A stretch of DNA of 64,000 nucleotides from the human T2T-CHM13v2.0 reference genome, Homo sapiens, in the NCBI RefSeq assembly GCF_009914755.1, contig NC_060933.1. The stretch is one strand, 5' to 3'. Position 1 is the stretch's first letter; every line of letters begins with the position of its first letter. This document shows positions 50,270 to 60,848 of this stretch, piece after piece. The notes beneath the pieces are model-generated. The model saw nothing but the letters and a program-made list of their open reading frames with translations, had not been told where the DNA came from and did no database searches. The position numbers and the translations under genes are program-made.

Positions 50270-51739
50270 TTATATACCATAAACCATACTAAGTAAATGC
50301 TAGTAAATTTTTAAAATAACCAAAAAAAAAAAAAAAAAATTTGAGAAGGTTGATAAATTCTCAGTGGCATCCCAGATCAGATTTCTCAGTGTTGGAATCA
50401 ACAACAATGGATCAGCAGTTATTGGGAAAAGCTAGTGATCGCTCAGCCATTTAAAAAGTCATATTATTTCTTGGTTCCACAGAATATACAAATGAAGCAA
50501 AAACTTCATTCCTCTGTGAGAGTATTTTAAAAATGCTCTCTATTGCCACGGTAAAGACTGTATGGCAGAAACCTCTCGGAGATGAGGTGACAATGTGAAA
50601 TTAGTTCACTTGTAAATAGGGTTTTTAAAACAGCAGGTTAATTACACAAGGCAGGCTAAAGTCTCAGGAGAATAACAGTGTGGTGTATGGGGCTCATAAT
50701 TTCCGCTAATAAAGTCAGGATGCGCACCTCACTCTTAACGGAACTTGCTAAAAATACAACTCAAAAGGAAATAAAACTAACAAAATGAAAAGCCATTGAA
50801 TCATGTCCATGAAACTGTGCTTCAGGTGGCCTGATCATCCCGCGTTCACATTTTCCTACTGACTCTGGAGGCCCAGCCCTAATTCACCCCATCACCCAGA
50901 CTTTCCAGCCTGGAAACCTCAGCATCATCTGCAGCTTCCTTTTCTTGTTCACTTTCTATGACCAAGTCAATACCAAATCTTCCCAATTCTGGCTCAGAAA
51001 GGACTCTCAAATCCAGCCTAGCCGTTCATACTGCAGCTCATACATGGTCTACCAATAGACGCCTTGCCATCTGGGCTATTCAATAGCCATTAAAAATGTT
51101 ACTCAGTACTGCTAATAATAGCATACACCTAAGCAGTGCTTATAATGTGCCAAAAATGGTTCTAAGAGCATTTATCCTCACAACAGTGCTATGAGATAGA
51201 AACCATTATTATCCCTGTTTCACAAAGAGGGAAAATGGATAACAGGTTAAGTCACTTTTCCAGGGTCACACAGCTGGTAAGCAGCAGAGCTAGGATTTGA
51301 ATTCAGGTGGTCCATCCTCAGAGTCTGTGTGATAGTGACCAAAGCACATTGCTCCTGTATTCATTTAACCCATTATTATTTTTAGTGTTGCTGCATTTTT
51401 TTTGGAAAAGGTAATGCAATTGCCTGGTTCAACATTGAAAAGTTATAGAAGGGTGCATATTAAAAAGCTTCCTTTCCATCCCAGTTTCCTACCGCCCCAG
51501 CCCCTGTTCTGGAAGTAAGTAACATGACTAGTTATTTGACAGCATTCCAAGCAAATGTTTATATGCTATTTCCCTTCTCCCCCTTTCTTTCCGTGTACAA
51601 ATATACTGGATACAATTTGGCATGTTGCTTTTTTCACTAAACAACATGTATTGGAGGTCATTCCATAGCAGTACATGAAGAGCTTCTCATTCCTTTTCTT
51701 TTCCTTTCTTTCTGTTTTTTAAGACAGATGGTTGAAACT

Positions 51740-51942
51740 AAGGATGGGCAAACGTTTTCTGTAAAGGGCCAGATAGTAAATATTTTAGGCTTTGAGGTCC
51801 ATATGGTCTCTGTCACATATGCTGCTATTGCTTCCTGTTTAAAAAAAGCTTTAGAAATGTAAAAACCCATTCTTGTCTCATGGGTCGTACAGAAACAGGC
51901 TGCAGGCCAGATTTGGCCTGTGGACCACAGTGTGCCAATCCT
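51740..51942. mobile_element. MER58A (hAT-Charlie MITE)
   Basis: ggcaaacgttttctgtaaagggccagatagtaaatattttaggctttg ... tgccaatcctg. Confidence 0.8.
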
Positions 51943-51949
51943 GGAACCA

Positions 51950-53150
51950 CAGGTTCTTACCTCACCTCCCTTTGTCTAGTAATTTTCTATTCTGATCCCT
52001 CTTGACCATTCTAAGAGAATTGTCTTTCTATAAAACAAATCTGACACTGCCACTGCTCCCTCTAAATCTTCTGCAGCTTCCCACTCCCAAGAGGAGGGTG
52101 AAGTCCAGACTGGTTGGCAGTGCGCACAATGTCCTTCATGATCCACATACTTCTCCTCCCCTCCACGTCTATCACACCAGTACGTGTCATCATCAGCTCT
52201 TTCCCTCAAGGCCTGCAACAACCTCTTTGCCCCACTATTGCCATAAACCCTCCTTCCCTCAAATGCAACCTCTAAGACACCGTGGCGCCAGGGATCTTTT
52301 ACAAATGCAAATCACATCTGCTAACTTCCAATGGCTTCTTGCTGCCCCAGACAGAAGTCAGCTACCCTATCATGATCTACAAGACCTACCAGCTCTGCTT
52401 GGCCCTCCTCTCTGACTTCATTGCTACCATGCTTCCTCCTTCCACTCCTCTCTCTCCAGCCATACTGATTTTTCTGTTTCTGAAACAAGCTGAGTTTATT
52501 TCTGCCTTTGTGGGTGCTGTTCCTTTGGCTGGCTCCTTCTTGAACTTCAGTCTCAGTTCAAATGCCATTTCCTTGGAGGCCTTCCCTCATCTCCCAACTC
52601 ACAGGAGCCTCTCCATTTTCCTTCCATCCTATCACACTGCTTTGTTTTGTTCATGGCCTTTGGGGCCATGTATAATCATGTTGGGTTGTGTTTACATTCT
52701 CTGCTTTGCTAGAACACATGGGCATCTCCAGTGCCCAGTACATTGTCTGACACATATTAGGTAAACAATCAAAATTTTCTGATTAGATAAACAATGGAAG
52801 AAATTTGAGCCAACTTACCTTTTCTAGTGGATATCTCCTTACTCCTCACCTTGTATTTTAGGCTCCAGTTCTATCCTCTTTCTCTCCAATCACTAAACAT
52901 GACTTTCCCTTTTAAGGTTTTACACCTTTGCACATGTTGTCATTTTGGTTATTTCTTCATTCTTTGAGGGACAAACTCCTACTCACCCATCAACACCCAG
53001 CTTGAATGTTGCCTCTTCTATGGAGTTTTTACATCTCCTCTATTTAGGACCAACTTCTTCCTTTGGCAGGCTCTCAGAGCACTTTGTATAGACCTCTAAG
53101 ATCATACCAGGTCATAATTATTTACCTAACACAAACGTTCACTGATTATT
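51950..53150 (+). mobile_element. L2 fragments
   Basis: Pyrimidine-rich L2 3' motifs (tcagttcaaatgccatttccttggaggccttccct; cattgtctgacacatattagg). Confidence 0.6.
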
Positions 53151-54159
53151 TATACCCTGAATACTCCCCAAATATTATATACATAAAACCATTTCACTTT
53201 ACATACAATGAGCTCTTTCAAGGAAAGGACACCTCGAATGGTGTTTTAATGATAAATATGAATACATAATATCAATATTTAGCATCTAACTCTGTAATAA
53301 GGGCTTTATGTACATTATTTCATTTAACCCTTATGATAGCTGCAATGAAGCAAGTACTGTTGCTATCTGCACTTCACAGATGAGGCAACTAAATTAAAGC
53401 TCAGGGAAGCTAGGTAACTTGACCCTGGTGGATCTAGAATTCACTACCAGGCTGTCCTACAGTGGGCCATGGTGACCTGCAGGCCCAGGTCACCTGATTG
53501 CTCTTGAGGTCCAGGTCATCTGATTGTAAGTGAAGACCTGATTGCTCTTGAACTCTGAGCCTAGCAGGGTGGTGCACAAATCTGTCCTGTTCCCCTTTGT
53601 GGAGACCTAGGGCCACAGCTCTGCTCAGAGAGGGGTCATCTGGGACTCTTTTGCTCCCCTGCAGCAAGGTCCTCCCTTGCAGGGGCACAGATGTCCCTCT
53701 GTCAGCCAGATGGAGAGGCATGGGGATGAGGCTGCCCTCTGCACACCTATGACTGTGCCATCCCCAAGGGCAGCCAGATGTCCTTGGGGCCTGCCTCCTG
53801 CTGCCACACGCTGCTTATCCATGTGGACATAAGCTGCTCTGCCAGCTCACTCTTGAGCTAATGCAAAGGGACCACAGGGCTCTGGGCAGGAAGGTAAGGA
53901 GCATAGAAGGCAGAGGAGACAAGGGCAGAAGGAGTGGCAGGCTCCTTATTCTTTCTGTTAAATGAAGAAACTTTCCTTAGGAAAGAAATACGTAATTTCT
54001 ATCAGAGAATAAGGGTAACAGGCAACAATTAGCATTTTTTTTTTCTTAAGAAGTGGCTGCTAGGTTATATTGACTGTAGTCTGGTTTCTATTTGCAGGCA
54101 CTGTATCACTTTTCAGCTCATTGGGGGAAGTTCTGTCTAGAGAGTGCTTTCAAACTTTA

Positions 54160-54480
54160 GGGTAGTGCTACTCCAAGTATGGTCCTTGGACCAACAGCAT
54201 CAGCATCACTGGGGAGCTCATTAGAACTGCAGACTCTAGGCCTCATGGCAGACCTGACAAATTCAGAATGTGAATTTTAAGATGACCTCCCCAGAGAATT
54301 TGTAAGTACATTAAAGTTTGAGAAACACTGAGCTAGGTAAAATGCAAGTTTTAAAATGCCTAATTAACATGCAAGTTTGGGGCTCCAGGTCTTAGAAATT
54401 CTGATTCGCCTGATCAGGATGAGATCCAGAAATCTAACAAGCACCAAAGGTGGTTCTGCCTACATTTTGAGCAACTGTGT
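54160..54480. mobile_element. MER5A/MER5-like hAT fragments
   Basis: cagcatcagcatcactggggagctcattaga...aagtttgagaaacactg. Confidence 0.7.
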
Positions 54481-54621
54481 TCTAGAGAGAGTGGTGGAAA
54501 TTGTACAGTTGGACGGTCCTGAGATGAAATCTCAGCTCTACCATCTACAAACTAGGTAACCCCAATTAACTACTTCATCTCACTGAGCTTCAGTTTCCTC
54601 AACTATAAAATGGAGCTACTA

Positions 54622-54914
54622 TCCGGGCGCAGTGGCTCACGCCTATAATCCCAGCACTTTGGGAGGCCAAGGCGAGTGGATCACCTGAGGTCAGAAGTTC
54701 GAGACCAGCCTGATCAACTGAAACCCATCTCTACTAAAAATGCAAAAAAAAAAAATTAGCCGGGTGTGGTGGTGCGAGCTACTCAGGAGGCTGAGGCAGG
54801 AGAATTGCTTGAACCCAGGAGGTGGAGGTTGCAGTGAGCTGAGATTGAGTCACTGCACTCCAGGCTGGGTGACAGAGTGAGAGTCCGTCTCAAAAAAAAA
54901 AAAAAAAAAAAAAA
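54622..54914 (+). mobile_element. AluS (Sq/Sg-like) inside a MIR, with small internal deletions
   Basis: TSD aaaatggagctacta at 54607-54621 and 54911-54925. Confidence 0.9.
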
Positions 54915-54970
54915 ATGGAGCTACTAATGCCTACACCTTCAGCTGTGAGGTTAAAGGTGATAACATATGT

Positions 54971-55338
54971 TGATATGGTTTGGCTCTGTGTCCCCACCCA
55001 AATCTCATCTCAAATTGTAATCCCCATATGTTGCGGGGAGGAGCCTGGTGGGAGGTGATTGAATCTGGGGGGCAGATTTCCCCTTTGCTATTCTCGTGAT
55101 ACTGAGTGGGTTCTCATGAGATCTGGCTGCTTGAAAGTGTATGGCACATCTCCATTCCCTCTTTTTCTTTCCTGCTCTGCCATGGTAAGACATGCTTGCT
55201 TCCCCTTCACCTTCTGCCATGATTATAAGTTTCCTGAGGCCTCTCAGTCATGCTTCCTGTTGAGCCTGTGGAACTATAAGTCAATTAAACCTCTTTTCTT
55301 CATAAGTTCTCTATAGCAGTGTGAAAATGGACTAATAC
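54971..55338 (+). mobile_element. MSTA-like MaLR solo LTR
   Basis: tgatatggtttggctctgtgtccccacccaaatctcatc ... ggactaatac. Confidence 0.82.
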
Positions 55339-55983
55339 CTATGTAAAATGCCTAGTACCGAAGCTGTGGCAAATAGTAGGTGTTTGATAAATGTTAGGTT
55401 TTACAACTACTAGACTGAAAAGTTCAAGTGGTTGTGCCATTGAATAATGGGTTGGGCCAGAGAGTGTTAATTTCAACCACAGGGACAGAGAAAGCCAAAG
55501 GGGGCTCACTGAGTCTGATGGCTGTGGTTTCTCTATTACTTAACACAGACCTTAAAGACACAGAGAAAGGATTAAACTGCAGCAGGTATCAAGCTTTATC
55601 ATACATTAAAAATCACCTTGGATGCTAATTAAAAATGCTAATTCCGACGTGCTGCTTCCCAGTGATCCTGTTTCACCACACCTGGTATATGGCCCAGGGA
55701 TCTACATTTTCATCCCCAGGAGATACTGATGCATGAGTCCTTCAACCTCACCTGGAGAAACAGTGGCTTAGAGAATATTCATATTCATTCAATAAATGTA
55801 GAGGCTGCTGCATGTGGGACCCTGGGGTGGCACTGGGAAATACACACAAGGATGTATAAGGCCCTACCTGATTCCTGCCCAGCTGAGAGCTGGGGCTTCC
55901 AAGGAGAATATAGGGTCTGTGCTGCCACGCTAGGATATCAGTTAAGAACAACAGCCCAGAAGAGCAATGGAGAAAAGCCATAC

Positions 55984-56102
55984 CTGGGCTTCTGCACCTT
56001 CAATGTTGTGGGAGAGATTTCCATTTTGTACAGGTTCTGAAGCATCACTGGATGGTGTCATTTCAACATCTGTGCTGGTGCTGTTTGGAAGCTCAATTTT
56101 TT
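55984..56102 (-). CDS. SLC24A2: SLC24A2 coding exon, 119 nt, phase 1-0: (E)KIELPNSTSTDVEMTPSSDASEPVQNGNLSHNIEGAEAQ
   Basis: Acceptor tatcacag|AA, donor CAG|gtatgg; lies within ORF 55942-56403 and is in frame with the neighbouring exons. Confidence 0.95.
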
Positions 56103-56118
56103 CTGTGATATAATTTAA

Positions 56119-56119
56119 A

Positions 56120-56160
<41 letters not shown>
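56119..56160. repeat. (AC)9(AG)12 compound microsatellite at an exon 3' splice site
   Basis: Read directly; reads (CT)12(GT)9 in the transcript and ends 16 nt upstream of the exon. Confidence 0.95.
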
Positions 56161-56161
<1 letters not shown>

Positions 56162-56969
56162 AAGCAAATGGAATCAATGGGGGTAAAGAGCAATATTGAA
56201 AAGAGTTTTCTAAAATGTTGGGCTAAAGCAGAGGATAGTGGTGTCCCAGGGGCGATAAGGCCCAGGGCTGATATTGAGCCAAGCGGGAAAGGATTTTTAC
56301 CGTTCTTCCCCATGTCTTTCAGTATACGGCCTGCCCCCTTAATAGCGCCCTGGCTTCCTGCTCTGGCATGACACTTTACCTTGGGTGCCCTATCAGCTCC
56401 CATGATATGCCTTTCTTGAGCCTAGGCAAATTTACCAACTAGCTACTCAGGAAACATGAACATAGACATTTTAAAACCAAAACCACACGCAATCTACATA
56501 CTATTGTTTACACCCTGGACTGTACCCTTCAGATATTTTCTTACAGTAATATCGTTTCTTTGATACTGTACTCTGGAAAGGATATTAGGTAGGGCTTCAG
56601 GGTCCTAGACTTTACCCTGCTTTGATCGGGTTGCTATCTTAGGCTAGTTCCCTTCTTCCTCTGGGACTTGGGAATCTTATCTGTGAAATAAGAGGGTTCG
56701 ACAGGTTGACCTCCAAGGGACATTATGTTCAGCTGTAATTCAGACTCTGTGAGTGGAAACTCTTCCAGTGCCTAGGTGGCCATGGGCAGGGCAGCCTGGT
56801 GAATACAACTTAGCACACTCCACACCTGAGCATCCTATTGCAGGCAAGGCAAGGGGGAGCTCGACAAGTAATAGAGGCCAAAGGCTGTGTCATTCCTGAA
56901 TCAGAACATTTAGCTAGAGTAAAGCCAGAGGGTCAGCAAGTGCAGATTTGACACTTGAGAAGTGACTCT

Positions 56970-57270
56970 AGGGTAATGGTTAAGCACTGGGAGTCTGTAA
57001 CACTGGGAATCAGACAGGCCTGGCTTCATATTCTGGATCTACAACTTGTGCTGTTTCACCCTTTGCAAGTGACTCAACCTCTCTGAAATTCAGCTTCTTC
57101 ATCTGTAAAACTGGGGTGATGGTAACAATACTACTACTACTATTACTGTTGCTACTACTACCACTAACAACAACAATATGATCAAAGAGTATTTCTGTAA
57201 AGATTAAATAAGAAAATGCATATAAAACACTTAGCATAGTGCCTTGTACAGAGCAACCAAGAAGCATAAA
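56970..57270 (+). mobile_element. MIR with an internal (CTA)/(CAA) expansion
   Basis: ggttaagcactggg...ttcttcatctgtaaaa...aaacacttagcatagtgcc. Confidence 0.75.
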
Positions 57271-59527
57271 CTATTTGGATCTTTATTATAGTGCCTGCCT
57301 TTCACTAGAAGAATTTTTTTTTTGTCATGACAAAGAGGAGTACCATCAGGTGATCAATGTTCCAGCACCACTGAGGTCTGCTGAACTTCATCGCGAGGGA
57401 AATTAAAAGGTTCCTATTGAAAGCACACACTCTGGCTGTTTTGGGTCAAATCATGGATTTTGGGATGGAATGAGGCTGTAGTATGCTGTCAGGGTTGCTG
57501 GGGGTATCAGAATGCTCATCATTGTCAGATCCGAGCAGTATCAGCTGCTCATCAAACATAAGAATGTGCTTTTTTTTTCCTAGCAACTTCAGAGGGACTA
57601 GACATTTCCATCACTGGTGCTTAAGAAAATAATTTGAGAGTTACATAAAAATTGTGGAGTTTGAAGCAGCCAAATTTTGGAAATCATAGGGAAATATTTA
57701 TGTTTATTTATGTATTTAGTTGTGGAATATAGACACATGAATAGATTTAAATACGGAAAACCATAGAAACTCAAATTTACTTTATCTTTCCAAGTTTTTA
57801 GTAGTGACAGCGATACGTATGTGATGTGCTGCATGTGGCTATGCCAGTTTATCTTAGTATGCTTGATTCAGTTATTTAAATAAAAAATCATGAAGAACCT
57901 TGGGTGAATAAAACTCTGTTTGGAGAATTCTATTGGCTGATGTGATAAAACCTTAGGATTAGCCTGCAATGGTCAAATTGACCCTAGCAACACAAAATAC
58001 TGGGTAAAAGGGGAGTTAACATGTCCAAGAACAGAGATGAACAGATGAGCAGAGACTGCCTGCCAGGCATAATATCTAACCTGTGTGTGCACATCTTAGC
58101 TTATAAAGTGCTTTTACACAGCAGGCTGAAGGTTCATAATAAAAGAAAATATGAAAATAAATCTTGGACTTACTTTGAAAAGCATTAGCTAGTTACAAAG
58201 TCATTCAGAGACCCAATAACATTTTCTAGTTCAAAGTCATTGAGAGCCCCAATAACATTAGAAGAATCCTTGGCATTAAGTGTCCTACCTCCTTAAAAAA
58301 GATTAAATCCAAGTCTAAGGTTGGCCAGTCATTAGGAGGAGGAGGACTGCGACTGAGCCCAGGAATCTAATTCTTTTACTCCAAGCTACCTCATTCTATA
58401 AAAGACAAGTCAACATGTGAAGCAGAAAAAATAGCTTGTGTAGTTGAATCTAAACATCACAAACAAAACTCAACCTATGCGGTAGACTTTCATGGTGTGG
58501 CTTTACATTTTTATAGTACAAAACCAAAATATGCTTATTCTGAAAAACTTTATAGAAGCATAAAGAAGCAGAAAAATATATATATAACTCATAATCCCAG
58601 CTTTAGGAAGTAACTATTGTTAACATTTTAGCTGACTTCTTTCCAGTTTTTCTTTTCGTATCTAATTGCATCTTAACTGTTTCTCAGCCAAAAATTTTCC
58701 CTGAGGTAGAAGTTGGGATAACAGGAAAGGCAGAAACTCTTCTACGGAGTGTCAGTATTTTGAGAGCAATGCTGTTGAATTTTGTCTGCAGATAATTTTA
58801 GTTACTTGGGTAATAGCTTCGTTTATAGCATAGATCCAGATCAGGTTAAATTTAGTTTGAATTTAGAATAAGAGAGCTATATTATAGTTACAGACAGGAG
58901 AGAAGGAACATCATGTTCCATTTTAAAATAAGATGCCTGAATGTCACAATCTTGTCATACAGGAGCTCTGCAAAAGTCAGTGGAAAGAGACCTGGGGGCT
59001 GTTACTGCTGAATTCTTAAAAACGAGAGGCAGCATCATCTCAAAAGGACTCTGTCACTCAGTTCAGGAGTGACCAAGTGTGTGCCATAAGCAATATCACA
59101 GGTATAAAAATCTGGTTACCAGTCAAGACTTACAGAAAGGGGACTCTCACCTTTGATTAAACATTAAATGACACTGTGTACGTGTGCGTGTATGCGTGTG
59201 CATGTATCCTGTTTATGTGGAATCCCTGAAATACAGTGATTTTCTATTCTTGAATGGAGATGACTAGTTAAGAGATGGTTTTACTTCAGGTTCCTCAGAG
59301 AATAAATTTACTCTTCTTGGACTTCTAGAGTTACTGGTGACATACTGTGTCCATGCATACCCTGTACACACTAGGGCAAGAGGGACTCATTTCCTGTTGC
59401 ACAGGGAAGGGCTGTGCTGCAGTGGTGTGTGTCTGCACTGAGTCAGGGGTGCCCACACTGGTCCTGACTCTCTGCTCCCCTCGCTTCCCCCAGGAAAGGT
59501 ATGGGGTGGATGTTTCCCTGCACTCAC

Positions 59528-59626
59528 CCACGTGGTTGGCAGCCCCATTCTGCCGCTCGTTCTCATCCACATGACATTTCTTCTTGGCGATCTTGTGGAG
59601 AATTGAAGCCTTTTCTCTGAACCTCC
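59528..59626 (-). CDS. SLC24A2: SLC24A2 coding exon, 99 nt, phase 1-1: (G)RFREKASILHKIAKKKCHVDENERQNGAANHV(E)
   Basis: Acceptor cttttgcttcag|GG, donor G|gtgagt; the translation matches the NCKX2 cytoplasmic loop. Confidence 0.95.
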
Positions 59627-60329
59627 CTGAAGCAAAAGAAAGTGGCAGGAAGGAGACACAATGAGAAAGAAGAGAGTCTCAGGGCCAAGCAGGTATGTGG
59701 CCTCCTCAGTCACGCTGCACTAATAGCGTGACCACTCCATTCTGTCCAACCCCAATGCACCAGGACCTTCCTGAAGGGTACTTTCTTGCCTTTGTAGATT
59801 TTTCAGCCCAATTCTCTATTTGAGAATCTCTTCCCTCCCTTCCCAGTTGCTCACAAAATTAACAAAAGCACCAAGCAACACTAAAGCTTCCCTACTGCTG
59901 AGATCCAAAACAGGTCTAGAAAACAGAGCTGCTCTGGAGGCATGGCCATTTCTCTGAAATTAAATGCTCATTCCAGACCAGATTTTGACAATGGGCTGGG
60001 AAGGAAAGCCAAGCCCAGGGGTCCTCTGATTTGACTTCAGTTTTCAAACATTTACACTTTGAGTATCCCTAACTGAAAAAACCAAAATCTGAAATCTGAA
60101 ACACTTCTGGTCCCAAGCGTTTCAGATAGGGGATACTCAACCTGTCTTATAATTAACATTGCTGTTTCTAAACGAGTAAGGAACATGCATCACAGCTTTC
60201 CAAATTAGCTGAGTCAGCTGCAATTAAGGCATTAAGAAGGCAACTGATTCCATTTGTGGATTTAGGGCAAGGAAGGATCAACTGAGTGCAGCAAGTAATG
60301 TTGGTGATGAGATGCTTTGGGAATGGTGC

Positions 60330-60848
60330 TGGACATGCATATTTATAGCAGCACAATTCACAGTTGCAAAGTGGTGGAACTAACCCAAATGGCCATCAAT
60401 CAACGAGTGGATAAAGAAACTGTTATATATATATTATATATAGTTATATATATAAAATATATATATAAAAATATTCCAACATATATATATGATGGAATAC
60501 TATGCAGCCATAAAAAGGAATGAATTAACAGCATTTGCAGTGATCTGAATGAGACTGGAGACTATTATTCTAAGTGATGTAACTCAGGAATGGAAAATCA
60601 AACATCGTGTGTTCTCACTGATACATGGGAGCTAAGCTATGAGGATGCAAAGGCATAAGAATAATACAATAGACTTTGGGGACTTGGGGGGAAGAGTGGG
60701 AGGGGGACGAGGGATAAAGGACTACAAATATGGTGCAGTGTACATATGGTTGATGGGTACACCAAAATCTCACAAATCACCACTAAAGAAATTACTCATG
60801 TAACCAAATACCACCTGTACCCCAATAACTTATGGAAACATAAAAAAA
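60330..60848 (+). mobile_element. L1PB-type 3' end with an internal AT-rich tract
   Basis: gggagctaagctatgaggatgcaaaggc...cacaaatcaccactaaagaa resembles the L1PB1 3'UTR. Confidence 0.8.

Noticed and set aside
55942-56403. 153-aa ORF as a standalone gene (likewise 32806-33048 and 59331-59570)
   Set aside because: Only the part between splice sites is NCKX2; the rest is intron read-through, including the microsatellite.
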